64,000 nucleotides of DNA from an uncultured Gammaproteobacteria bacterium (GCA_964621305.1 CAZUOM010000001.1:229448-293447); one strand, 5' to 3'; shown: positions 9,332 through 18,840, numbered from the stretch's first letter. Numbers and translations: made by a program. The notes: a model not told the origin generated them from the letters alone.

Positions 9332-10048
9332 TTATGTGTTCCGTTCAATTTCCGCGGAAATCGTCTCCTGAAAATTTGTGAGCTGCCTCCAGTGGCTTTT
9401 GGGGAGAAATCGCCTGAGCTCAGCCGCAACGGATGCGGCGGCCGGAATCTTCTGCCGGACTTCGGCAAGCAGGCGTTTCTCCGCAACCCCCAAGAGATTT
9501 GCTCTCAACAGAAAATAGAGATCATAGAAATCCCTGGGCTTGGCCCGGGTCGTCAGCGCGCGGATTTTCTCCTTCACCAAATGTTCTTTGTCCAACATGA
9601 CCACGGTATAGGCAGGGATAAAGTCGCTTACCACCGTGACAACTTCGCCCGTATCCCCCCTTGCCCGCCGGGAGAGCTCTACGACCAGTCCTACGGTTTC
9701 ATCCAAAAGTCGAAAACGAAGCTCCGCCAGATACCCTCCGCTGGTCTCTTTTGCCTCAACGATATCTCCGGTAACCCCCGCTCGTTCCATCTCCCGGATG
9801 GTTTCAATAAAGAGATCTTCGATCGTTTTCGTGCTCAGGGCCGTCGCGCTAAAATCCAGATCCTCCGAAAATCGCGGACTGCCGTAGACGATGCGAATGG
9901 CCGTACCCCCTTTGAAAAAGATACGGTTGGCCTGGGGAAAGGTGTAGAAGGAAGAAAGGAACAGGTGTTGCACGTATTCCCGACGTACGTTTAACGCAGT
10001 GGTCTGATAGGCGCGCGCGAGCGATACGATGCGATCTTGGGAAATCAT
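9332..10048 (-). CDS. AbiEii-family nucleotidyltransferase toxin (type IV TA)
   Basis: Motifs FKGGTAIR, RFSEDLDF and EKIRA..R.KPRDFYDL. Confidence 0.9.
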   Translation of the reverse strand: MISQDRIVSLARAYQTTALNVRREYVQHLFLSSFYTFPQANRIFFKGGTAIRIVYGSPRFSEDLDFSATALSTKTIEDLFIETIREMERAGVTGDIVEAKETSGGYLAELRFRLLDETVGLVVELSRRARGDTGEVVTVVSDFIPAYTVVMLDKEHLVKEKIRALTTRAKPRDFYDLYFLLRANLLGVAEKRLLAEVRQKIPAAASVAAELRRFLPKSHWRQLTNFQETISAEIERNT

Positions 10049-10641
10049 AGTCGTGCGTCAAGAAAAACAAGGAGTTTTTTGCTCCCAAAAAGACGGGCAA
10101 AGCGCATCAGTTTTCCTTTCCTGATGCGACTCAGATGTAATCGGTCGTTTTGGGATTTTTCTACCCGCATCACAAAATACAGATAATCAACCAATGCCTT
10201 TTCCGGCTCTGCCATAAGGAAAGACCGTTGTTCCTTTTTTTGGAGAACATAGCCGGTATACGCTTTTGGCTGGATAGACCGATACGAGTAGGCAATGCCA
10301 TTGACGGCAAAGAGTCGGGTCGGTTTCGTGGTAGCGGAGGTGACGGTGTAGGGCATTTCCGGGAGAATCTGCCAGTAGGCCAGCGCATATTCAAAAGAAA
10401 TGTACGAAGGCTGATAGAGACGATTGGCTATTTCCTCCTCTGCCGGAGGGTCGGTTTGCAGCCCGTAGAGCCCTTTTTTCAGACGAACAAAGAGGCCCTC
10501 CCGGGTCTGACGTTCCAGAAAATATTTCGCCCGGTGGGAGTGCGTCTCAAAAATCCGTTCAAATTCGAGCCGAGAAACGATCCGTATCCCGCGCCTGACC
10601 AATGCTTCCCTCACATGTATTGGTTTCAGTAAAGTATACAT
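10045..10641 (-). CDS. AbiEi-type antitoxin/transcriptional regulator
   Basis: Motifs RLKKGLY, PSYISFEYAL and AEPEKALVD; ATGA overlap with the toxin. Confidence 0.88.
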   Translation of the reverse strand: MYTLLKPIHVREALVRRGIRIVSRLEFERIFETHSHRAKYFLERQTREGLFVRLKKGLYGLQTDPPAEEEIANRLYQPSYISFEYALAYWQILPEMPYTVTSATTKPTRLFAVNGIAYSYRSIQPKAYTGYVLQKKEQRSFLMAEPEKALVDYLYFVMRVEKSQNDRLHLSRIRKGKLMRFARLFGSKKLLVFLDARL

Positions 10642-10853
10642 ATTTATACTTTTCTGAAATGAGTATATCTGACCTATGTCTCGTTGTCAATGGCTTGATT
10701 GTTCCCTTGACGGCTTAACGTACGCTCGCCTCCAGGAAGGAGGTGCCGAAAAAATTCTAGGCGCCCAACAACGCCAGGGGTTGGTTGAAAGTGCATCTGT
10801 TACGCGGCAGATTGATTTCGAAGTGTATTCAATTTCTATCGTTGATTAGGAGT

Positions 10854-11936
10854 TCATTGCGCTTTTCCGACTGTCCCGTCGGTCTTAACCACCACCCCAA
10901 ACAGTTGTTCAAGCTTCAAAATTGCAAGTTTAATGTAGGAGGCGTGCGAAGCAAACATGACGTCTTGCGTTATCCCCTTCCAGATCAGGTTACCCCCGAC
11001 GCCTATCCAACTGGCAAGCCTGGCATCATCAGCAGCCGCCGGAACCATGACCTCTGCGGTTTGGGGTTTGGGAATAAACAGAAAAACAGACGTAACAGGC
11101 CAAGCTTGAGCCGTCATACGGAAGTCTCCTACAGTCACCTTATCTAAAATGGAAATCCCCATAATATCGTTGAGATCTTCAATGCCAATTCCTGTTTCTT
11201 CTTTTAGCTCGCGTTTAGCAGCAGTTATAGCTTGTTCTATAACAGCAACTGCGCCGCCTTTAGACCACCCGGTTCTCGTCTTATCAATCATGCCGCCCGG
11301 CAGTGCGCGCCCTCCCCTATCGCTTCGCTCAATCAAAACAACTTCAAATTTATTATCATGAATCCGGATAATGACCGGATCGGCAGCTTCATTTGGCCCC
11401 AGGAACCAATAAAACCCCGGGCCGGTCACGATGCCTTCGGGACTTGTGACCGCCTCTTTAAACATCGGATGAATCGGAGATCCGTCAGAGGCAAGGATCA
11501 ATCTGGCAAACCGTTCGGTCCTTGCTATTTTGGCCCCGTCTCCTCGATACGCTTCAATCGCGAGATTTTTCAGTTTATTGGATAATCTTCCGTCTTCGAC
11601 AATATTCCGGTTCTCGTGGAGGCCAACATAATAAGCCGGGCGCATTCCTGGAAAACCAACAAGTTCGTCGACGGGTCTTCCTGATTTAAACCACTGAAAA
11701 TATTCTTTTTCCGTCCAATGAAGGCCCTGGGCTGGGTAGCCGGCAAAGTTGGCTCGATCTTTCATCGCCTGAAGCACTTCTTGGACTAATTCCGTGTGGC
11801 CGTAGCGAAAATCAATGGGAACGAGGCGATCCTGCGCTTTCACAACTGGAAGGCCCTCGCGCCTAAGCCCAAGGTGTTCGAGGGGATCGGCGTATCGGGT
11901 TAAAAGATCGGGCGCGCTGGCGCTTTCGATTGCCAT
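10854..11936 (-). CDS. Nudix hydrolase, NUDT9-like ADP-ribose pyrophosphatase
   Basis: Motifs GPNEAADPVI, ALPGGMID, AKRELKEETG, AADDA..W and FASHA. Probable leaderless start at 11936 after TATAAT. Confidence 0.8.
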   Translation of the reverse strand: MAIESASAPDLLTRYADPLEHLGLRREGLPVVKAQDRLVPIDFRYGHTELVQEVLQAMKDRANFAGYPAQGLHWTEKEYFQWFKSGRPVDELVGFPGMRPAYYVGLHENRNIVEDGRLSNKLKNLAIEAYRGDGAKIARTERFARLILASDGSPIHPMFKEAVTSPEGIVTGPGFYWFLGPNEAADPVIIRIHDNKFEVVLIERSDRGGRALPGGMIDKTRTGWSKGGAVAVIEQAITAAKRELKEETGIGIEDLNDIMGISILDKVTVGDFRMTAQAWPVTSVFLFIPKPQTAEVMVPAAADDARLASWIGVGGNLIWKGITQDVMFASHASYIKLAILKLEQLFGVVVKTDGTVGKAQ

Positions 11937-12019
11937 GGACCGAATTATAGCCCTAAATATGATTTTTGACAATAGACGGCTCCCCTATTATACTTACGCC
12001 CTATCGAGCTTGCTCTTTT

Positions 12020-12901
12020 TTATAACTTGAGACCTTTGAGGTAGGCTCGGAAGTCTCCGTTGAGATCCTTATGCGCCAGGGCAAACTCGACTACGGTTTT
12101 GAGGTACTCGAGCTTGTTGCCGGTGTCGTAGTATTTTCCATCGATAATCTCGCAGGCATACACCGGCCGCTTTTTCATAAGGGAAGCAATAGCGTCCACG
12201 AGCCAAATTTCGTTACCCTTGCCAGGCTTAAGGCGTGACAGCTCATCAAAAATATCCGGAGTAAGAACATAGCAGCCGTGGGCGGCTAAATTGCTGGGTG
12301 CCTCTTCGGTCGTGGGCTTCTCCATCATCTTTTTAATCTGCCAGATGTTAGCCTCAACTTTGACCGCATCCACGATCCCGTAGCGCGAGACGTCTTTTTT
12401 CGGCACGCGGACGGCAGAGATCACCGGGTCGCCATATTTTTCGAAAACGTCTATACACTGGCGCGCGCGCGGCGGGTGACTGTAAATGAATTCATCTCCC
12501 CAGATGGCGAGAAACGGCTCATCGCCGACTACGGTTTTGGCGCAGAGAACTGGCGTGCCGTTGCCGTAAGGGCCTTTCTGGCGGATGTAGATAAAGTTGG
12601 CTAGCTCCGCCGTCTTTTTAACCGACTCTAACAGTTCATGTTTACCCTGTTCTTTAAGCGTCTGGATTAGCTCGTTGGGGTAATCAAAATGGTCCTCGAT
12701 AGCCCGCTTGTGCCAGCCGGTGACTATAACGATATCCGTAATTCCGCTTGCTACCAGCTCCTCAACGACGTATTGAATAACGGGTTTGTCTACAATCGGC
12801 AGCATCTCCTTGGGCATCGCCTTGGTCTGGGGAAGAAACCGGGTACCGAAGCCAGCGGCCGGAATAACAGCTTTCCTAATTCGAGAAGGGATACGTTTCA
12901 T
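12020..12901 (-). CDS. galU: UTP--glucose-1-phosphate uridylyltransferase
   Basis: KAVIPAAGFGTRFLPQTKAMPKEMLPIVDKP motif. Confidence 0.93.
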   Translation of the reverse strand: MKRIPSRIRKAVIPAAGFGTRFLPQTKAMPKEMLPIVDKPVIQYVVEELVASGITDIVIVTGWHKRAIEDHFDYPNELIQTLKEQGKHELLESVKKTAELANFIYIRQKGPYGNGTPVLCAKTVVGDEPFLAIWGDEFIYSHPPRARQCIDVFEKYGDPVISAVRVPKKDVSRYGIVDAVKVEANIWQIKKMMEKPTTEEAPSNLAAHGCYVLTPDIFDELSRLKPGKGNEIWLVDAIASLMKKRPVYACEIIDGKYYDTGNKLEYLKTVVEFALAHKDLNGDFRAYLKGLKL

Positions 12902-13245
12902 ACCGACGGTTTACCCCGCAAACGCGCAAGCGTTGTGTGGGGCCTTACGAATTTTGGATGAGTTATTTTTCATCAGGTGCTCTTGATTTTATGCATTAAA
13001 CTCAGTTCTTGTCAATCAAAACAGAAAGGGAATGGCTGCCATTTCCTTATATGCTCATCTAATCAGCTTTTTCGCTGCTTGTCCTGAGCTTCCGAAGGAC
13101 AAACTTGAGTAAGATAGGTATATATCAGGCTCAGTCGTGTTAGGAAATACCATCATCGTAGAACCAGTGCGGTCCTTTACTTAATGTTGTTTTTTTGCTA
13201 GGATAGGACAGGTGACCCCCGGGAGGGGGTTTTATAAAGAAGAAT

Positions 13246-13431
13246 ATGGTACCACCGGTTGCGTTTTTCAAAGAGGTCACAACGGAGCTGAAGAAGGTTA
13301 CCTGGCCAACCCGTGAAGAGACACTTCGTTACACAGCTATCGTCTTTGCAATATCGATTTTAGTCGGCGCATTCGTCGGCGGACTCGATGTGCTGTTTGT
13401 CAAAACAACGAGTATTTTGTTCAAACGATGA
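13246..13431 (+). CDS. secE: Preprotein translocase subunit SecE
   Basis: ELKKVTWPTREE plus one TM helix; lies upstream of nusG. Confidence 0.95.
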   Translation: MVPPVAFFKEVTTELKKVTWPTREETLRYTAIVFAISILVGAFVGGLDVLFVKTTSILFKR

Positions 13432-13543
13432 AAATCCAAAATCCTAAGGTTAATCTATTCACCTTTTGAACTTTATCATTGATTTGACATTTGAATTTTG
13501 CTTGCACTGAGTTTTTCCGAAGGGACATTTGAATTTTTGACAT

Positions 13544-14131
13544 ATGGATCAACCAACAACAACAGCCAATCCGCCAGTAACCTCCTCCGGCATTGACCGT
13601 GACGAAGGAAGGACCCGCTGGTATGTGGTCCATACTTACTCCGGCCACGAGAACAAAGTCGCGGCAAATCTTAAGCAGCGCATCGAAACGATGAAGCTTG
13701 CTGATAAAATCTTTGACGTTGTCGTTCCTACAAGGAACATCATCCAGGTCAAGCGAGGTAAAAAAGAAGAAATCAAGGAAAAAATTTTCCCAGGATATAT
13801 TTTGGTAAAAATGGTTTTGGAAGACGACTCCTGGCTCGCTGTCCGGACAACCCAAGGAGTCACGGCTTTCGTCGGTGCCGGCAACAAACCCACCCCAATT
13901 TCCCAAAAGGAAGTGGATACCATCCTCAAGTTTATGGCCCTGGAAGCGCCAACCTATAAGACCAGCTACTCTATGGGTGAAGCCGTCAAAATCATCGATG
14001 GACCGTTTGCGGACTTTCTGGGTTCAGTCAACTCCATTGATGAAACCCGAGGCAAGCTTAAAATCCTCGTCTCGATTTTCGGTAGGGAAACACCAGTGGA
14101 ACTGGATTTTCTCCAAGTATCTAAGCTCTAA
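13544..14131 (+). CDS. nusG: Transcription factor NusG
   Basis: Motifs WYVVHTYSGHE, FPGYILV and IFGRETPVEL. Confidence 0.97.
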   Translation: MDQPTTTANPPVTSSGIDRDEGRTRWYVVHTYSGHENKVAANLKQRIETMKLADKIFDVVVPTRNIIQVKRGKKEEIKEKIFPGYILVKMVLEDDSWLAVRTTQGVTAFVGAGNKPTPISQKEVDTILKFMALEAPTYKTSYSMGEAVKIIDGPFADFLGSVNSIDETRGKLKILVSIFGRETPVELDFLQVSKL

Positions 14132-14274
14132 ATGCCCGATCTGTTTGTCTATGTTGATAACAAAAACTTAGCGCGCTGTCCGGACTGGGGCGATGGGCTA
14201 TGGAGTGGCATACGTGTCGAGCACAGGGGCTAGACCGTGCTATAATATAGCAACAACACAAGACTTTCTTACAT

Positions 14275-14703
14275 ATGGCAGTCAAGAAAATCAAAACCGT
14301 TATTAAACTAAATCTCTCTGCAGGAGAGGCTACGCCGGCCCCCCCCGTTGGTCCCGCTCTCGGCCAGCACGGACTGCCGATCATGGAGTTTGTCAGAGCC
14401 TACAACGACAAAACAGGGAAGCTCAAAGGCCAAACCATTCCGGCAGTCATCACCGTCTACGAAGATCGGACGTTTAGTTTTATCACTAAGCTTCCTCCAG
14501 TTGCGGCAATGATCAAAAAAGTTCTCGGCATCGACAAGGGCGGAGGTAAAGCCGGCCGCGAGATTTCTGGCAAGCTCACCAAGGCACAGGTTGAAGACAT
14601 CGCAAAAGACAAACTAGCTGATTTGAATACCGAAGATGTTCAACAGGCGATGAAAGTGGTTGCGGGAACGGCAAAATCGATGGGGATTGAAACAGAAGCT
14701 TAG
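14275..14703 (+). CDS. rplK: 50S ribosomal protein L11
   Basis: ATPAPPVGPALGQHG motif. Confidence 0.97.
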   Translation: MAVKKIKTVIKLNLSAGEATPAPPVGPALGQHGLPIMEFVRAYNDKTGKLKGQTIPAVITVYEDRTFSFITKLPPVAAMIKKVLGIDKGGGKAGREISGKLTKAQVEDIAKDKLADLNTEDVQQAMKVVAGTAKSMGIETEA

Positions 14704-14758
14704 TGGTTTAGTAGCTTAGTAGCTTAGTAGCTTAGTGGCTTAGTAGCTTAGTAGCTTA
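14698..14758. repeat. Tandem 8-mer repeat (TAGTAGCT) x~7 between rplK and rplA
   Basis: tagtggtt-tagtagct-tagtagct-tagtagct-tagtggct-tagtagct-tagtagct. Confidence 0.9.
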
Positions 14759-14809
14759 AAGAAATTCTAAGCTTCTAAATAACTAAGCATCTAAACCTCT
14801 CTTCAAATT

Positions 14810-15673
14810 ATGGGTAAAATTCGTGTAGCTACACTCGGCAGTGAAGAAGAAAAAGAACAACGTCGCAGAGCCGGCGCCCGTCGCCAGACCAAGAAGTCTA
14901 AAAAGGACAAGGTCGAAGGCGTCGGGCTCCATGGCGGCGAGCGCACGGTGGTGATGGAGGGAGCTGAGCTTAAGCCCGAGATAAAACGTTTGGTTGAGGA
15001 AGTAGAAAGTGGAGTGCAGCCAGCAGTCAACAGCCAGCAGTCAACAAAACTGAAAAAAAAGAAACAAGCAAAACCCAAATCCAGACGCTATCAGGAAGCG
15101 GCAAAACTTGTTGATCGCACCAAGCTCTACCTAGTTTCCTCCGCCATTGATCTGGTCAAAAAAACGTCGCTGACCAGATTCGACGGCACAGTCGAGCTCT
15201 CAGTCAACCTCAACGCCGAGTCGTTGGGCGAAAACAAGGCCCTGCGCGGGTCCGCAAGGCTCCCACATTCGATGGGTAAAACCATCCGCGTGGCCATCGC
15301 CGATGATGAGCTTTTGGGTAAAATTGAAAAGGGGGCAATAGATTTTGACATCCTTGTTGCCGCGCCTGCCATGATGCCCAAATTAGCCAAATTTGCCAAA
15401 ATCCTGGGCCCCAAGGGCCTGATGCCCAATCCCAAAAACGGGACCATTGGCGAGGACACAGAGAAACTTGCCGCAAGTTTTGCCAGAGGCGAGATCCACT
15501 TCAAAACCGAGCCGGACCAACCTATTCTCCACTTGGTCGTGGGCAAAGTATCCCAGCCGGAAAAAGAACTGGCAGAAAATGTGGAGGCGTATCTGTCCGC
15601 CATCGGTCCTTCAAAAATTCTCAAGGCCACTCTTTCTGCGACCATGGGACCGGGGGTGAAGGTGAAAATATAA
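14810..15673 (+). CDS. rplA: 50S ribosomal protein L1 with long basic N-terminal extension
   Basis: Motifs LGPKGLMPNPKNGT and TLSATMGPGVK. Confidence 0.95.
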   Translation: MGKIRVATLGSEEEKEQRRRAGARRQTKKSKKDKVEGVGLHGGERTVVMEGAELKPEIKRLVEEVESGVQPAVNSQQSTKLKKKKQAKPKSRRYQEAAKLVDRTKLYLVSSAIDLVKKTSLTRFDGTVELSVNLNAESLGENKALRGSARLPHSMGKTIRVAIADDELLGKIEKGAIDFDILVAAPAMMPKLAKFAKILGPKGLMPNPKNGTIGEDTEKLAASFARGEIHFKTEPDQPILHLVVGKVSQPEKELAENVEAYLSAIGPSKILKATLSATMGPGVKVKI

Positions 15674-15677
15674 TAAA

Positions 15678-16251
15678 CTACCCAGAATGCGAAGGTGCTC
15701 CTCGATATGTATGATATAGATCAAAAGTATACGCAAATGGATACACCCTGGGATAAAGGACTGATGGGTGGATTAGTCCAAAAACCCAAAGCGTATCAGA
15801 AGTCAAACTCGGCGAGAAACAAATCAATTGTTCACCAAAAAAACTTTCACCATCATCTTTATAGCGGACAACACTCAAATACACGCCTTTTGTTGCTGTC
15901 GGGAAGAAGTAATGCTCTTCTTGATTGGATTCGATATAGGCTGCAACACTTGCTGTATTTTGTTCCTCACCCGGTATACCTAGCCGGAGAAGAATCATAT
16001 TGCGAGCGACAACATCTTCTGGTGAATACCGAAGAAGCCATTTGATGCCATGGCTTCCTGGCTGATAAAATTCTTCTAGACTCGTCCCAACAATGCGTTC
16101 ATTGAGTGCCCATAGGAGATCCGATTGTAATATCGACCGATATCCCTATTGGAAGAGCTTTTGGAAATAGATGCCGAACATCCCTAGGAATAACTACCGG
16201 CGCCCTGATGCGCTGTGTTTCAAATTCGCCAATTGTATTGGTCATATTCAT
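15678..16251 (-). pseudogene. Hypothetical gene, apparently frameshifted near 16110
   Basis: The frame from ATG 16251 stops near 16100, while a second open frame continues into the 15678-15998 ORF. Confidence 0.35.
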
Positions 16252-16383
16252 TAATAATTGTATAGTTTTTTGCTATAAGATTTCAATAGCGTCCAAAAAT
16301 TAGCCGATGGGAAAACTATCAAACGCGCGACAGTGACCCTCTCTTCTACCACTAGCCCGGGGGAGAAAGTGATATTTGGGTAA

Positions 16384-16947
16384 CTACGATGCCAACAAGA
16401 GCTTCTTACGCTTGCTCCAAGCGTACTCGTTTATTCCAAGTTCCGGAATTTTTTTCGTTTCCCAGATCAGACTTGTAATTTCATTCTGGAGCGGCTGCAT
16501 GGGCAGTTGGGCAACCAGAAGCGACAGGATGTCCAAGCGGTCTTTCTGACCTTTGGCTGTCAGCTTCCGCTGGCCGTACACATAACCTTTAAGCGCGAGC
16601 AACACATCAACCGTGGGGACAACAAAAGTATCAATAGTGTGTGTTTTTTTCAAAACATCCTCAACCGGCATCCCGATACTGCTCCAATGAGGCAGGTATA
16701 TATCAATGGAAGCCATATCGTCCAGCGCCTCGTATTTTTTGAGCCGTTCGTTTTTGACAACAGGATAACGTTTTTTCAGCTTTTCCAGTTGGTCGTAGGA
16801 GACGATGATATCGATATCCTTGGATTTAAGCGCTTTGGTATAAAGCCACACTGCCCAACCGCCGATGAGGACAAACGTAACTGCCCGCTTCAGATCCTGG
16901 AGCGTCTGCCAGCTTTTGGCAGTGATAATATCGTTATAAAAATCCAT
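16384..16947 (-). CDS. Nucleotidyltransferase-fold protein (putative TA toxin)
   Basis: Motifs VLIGGWAV, SKDIDI and K..KDRLD; start overlaps the upstream HTH gene. Confidence 0.75.
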   Translation of the reverse strand: MDFYNDIITAKSWQTLQDLKRAVTFVLIGGWAVWLYTKALKSKDIDIIVSYDQLEKLKKRYPVVKNERLKKYEALDDMASIDIYLPHWSSIGMPVEDVLKKTHTIDTFVVPTVDVLLALKGYVYGQRKLTAKGQKDRLDILSLLVAQLPMQPLQNEITSLIWETKKIPELGINEYAWSKRKKLLLAS

Positions 16948-17503
16948 AGGCGTGCTCTTTGAGCGCACGGAAGTAATCCGTCGCATACCAATCGGACAAG
17001 TTCCAAAGGTCAACCAGCGTCTGGGACACAGGGGTGACGTTACCTGTTAAATACGGGTCCGGACGAAGGACAAAAAGATTGGCCGGGCCGGGTGCTTTGG
17101 GAAACCGCACCTTGAGCGCTTCTGTCCCGTACACGTACACTTTATCATAGTCAGCAGGAGCAGAGCCCAGATGAATGCGCACGGCGCTATAACAGCCGTA
17201 AACGGCGTGGGCATCCATGAGTCCCTCGATTTCGGCAACTGAAAAAGGGGCGCGCGTTGCGTATATAATGTCCCTAGAAAGATTACGGTGCGTGGCCCAG
17301 AAATAGAGGAGTTTTTCGGCATTTGTAAGACGAAAATTTCTCCCGGTAACCACTACCGCGCCAAGTTCCCTTAATGGGGATAGGGCGGAAAATACAGTGC
17401 TGGTGCTCATGCCAAACTGCTCGGCGAGCTTCTTTTGCTCAAACACCGGATGCTTCACCCCGGCCTCTAGGATTTCCCTCCAGATGATTTCGATTTTCTT
17501 CAT
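16934..17503 (-). CDS. Winged-HTH protein, AbiEi-like antitoxin partner
   Basis: N-terminal HTH QKKLAEQFGMSTSTV and C-terminal QTLVDLW. Confidence 0.7.
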   Translation of the reverse strand: MKKIEIIWREILEAGVKHPVFEQKKLAEQFGMSTSTVFSALSPLRELGAVVVTGRNFRLTNAEKLLYFWATHRNLSRDIIYATRAPFSVAEIEGLMDAHAVYGCYSAVRIHLGSAPADYDKVYVYGTEALKVRFPKAPGPANLFVLRPDPYLTGNVTPVSQTLVDLWNLSDWYATDYFRALKEHAYGFL

Positions 17504-17680
17504 GCGTTTTTTCTCTCTTTTCGAATATAATCGAAAAGAGCAGCCTTGTCAAATCCTTACACGCCACCTCTCCCCCACCATAACGTAAGGCTATAGCCCA
17601 CCTGGGCTGCGCAAGCGAACACCAATGGGCAATTTTTATTACTTGCAGAATGGCCACGTTTATGAGATACTCTTTTTATC

Positions 17681-17840
17681 CTAAAGACCGTAGGTTCCGG
17701 TTATCAAGCGGAAGACCGCTTCAGCCGGATTAAAATCCTACCGAGGGAAAATTTATATTGTTACATTGCTGCGTTGTCACATTGTTAACGAACAATCCAG
17801 AATGTAGCCTTTCCCTCGCATCATGCGAGGTTTTTTATTT
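17681..17840 (+). promoter_or_regulatory. Ribosomal protein L10 leader with attenuator/terminator
   Basis: AAGACCGTAGG...TTAAAATCCTACCGAGG consensus and CCTCGCA-TCA-TGCGAGG plus T-tract upstream of rplJ. Confidence 0.85.
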
Positions 17841-17872
17841 TTAACAATTTAACAATTTAACAATTTTTCAAT

Positions 17873-18388
17873 ATGCCAACACAGAAAAAAATCGACACCG
17901 TCACTGATTTAACCGAAAAGCTTGCAAGAGCCAAGTCAGTCATGCTGACTGACTATCGCGGTTTAAAGCATAAACAGATGGAGGAGCTAAGGGGTGCGCT
18001 CAAAAAGGCCAATGCTGACTTTATGGTTGCTAAAAATCGGCTGTTTCTGCGCGCCCTTGGTAGTAAAGCAAAATCACTTAAAGAATATCTTAAGGATACA
18101 ACTGCAATCCTTTTTTCCTATGCAGATGGCGTCGCCCCACTCAAAGAACTCGTTAAATATTTCAAAGCAGCCGGTGTGGGCAAAACCAAAATTGGCCTTG
18201 TGGAAGGCCGGATGCTTTTAGAAGATGACCTCCTGCGATTGTCTACCTTGCCAACCCGTGACGTCTTGCTCTCACAGCTCGCTAGACAACTCAATGCCCC
18301 AATCCAAGGCTTACATTACACGCTCTCGCGGAATGTGAGAAGGCTGTTATACGCCTTGCAACAAATCCAAAAATCAAAATCCAAATGA
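17873..18388 (+). CDS. rplJ: 50S ribosomal protein L10
   Basis: Motifs DYRGL, VAKNRL and LSTLPTR; gene context. Confidence 0.95.
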   Translation: MPTQKKIDTVTDLTEKLARAKSVMLTDYRGLKHKQMEELRGALKKANADFMVAKNRLFLRALGSKAKSLKEYLKDTTAILFSYADGVAPLKELVKYFKAAGVGKTKIGLVEGRMLLEDDLLRLSTLPTRDVLLSQLARQLNAPIQGLHYTLSRNVRRLLYALQQIQKSKSK

Positions 18389-18447
18389 CAAACCAAGTCA
18401 TAAGCTCTAAATCCAAATTTGAACTTTTCGATCGGAGGTGATTTTTT

Positions 18448-18840
18448 ATGACCAAATTATCAAAAGATGAATTATTAAAAGCAGTTGAGGAGATGAGCGT
18501 TTTGGAGCTGGCTGATTTCGTGAAAGCCTTGGAGGAAAAATTCGGCGTGAGCGCCCAGCCAGTAGCTGTGCCAGCGACTGTGCCCGCCGAAGCTTCAGCG
18601 AAGGAGGGAGCGAATGCCCCCGAACAGACTGTATTCAACGTCGTTCTTGCGGCACCCGGAGACAACAAAATCGGCGTCATCAAAGCTGTCCGCGAGCTCG
18701 TCCCAACTCTCGGACTCCAGGAGGCAAAGATTCTCGTTGAATCTGCTCCCAAGGACGTCCTAACTGCTGTCAACAAGGCAACAGCCGAGGAGGCAAAAAA
18801 GAAATTGGAAGCAGCGGGTGCAAAAGTGGATCTCAACTAA
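18448..18840 (+). CDS. rplL: 50S ribosomal protein L7/L12
   Basis: Motifs [21 protein letters not shown] and LEAAGAKV. Confidence 0.97.
   Translation: MTKLSKDELLKAVEEMSVLELADFVKALEEKFGVSAQPVAVPATVPAEASAKEGANAPEQTVFNVVLAAPGDNKIGVIKAVRELVPTLGLQEAKILVESAPKDVLTAVNKATAEEAKKKLEAAGAKVDLN

Noticed and set aside
14698-14758. Possible CRISPR array
   Set aside because: The 8-bp units have no spacers and there are no cas genes in the window.
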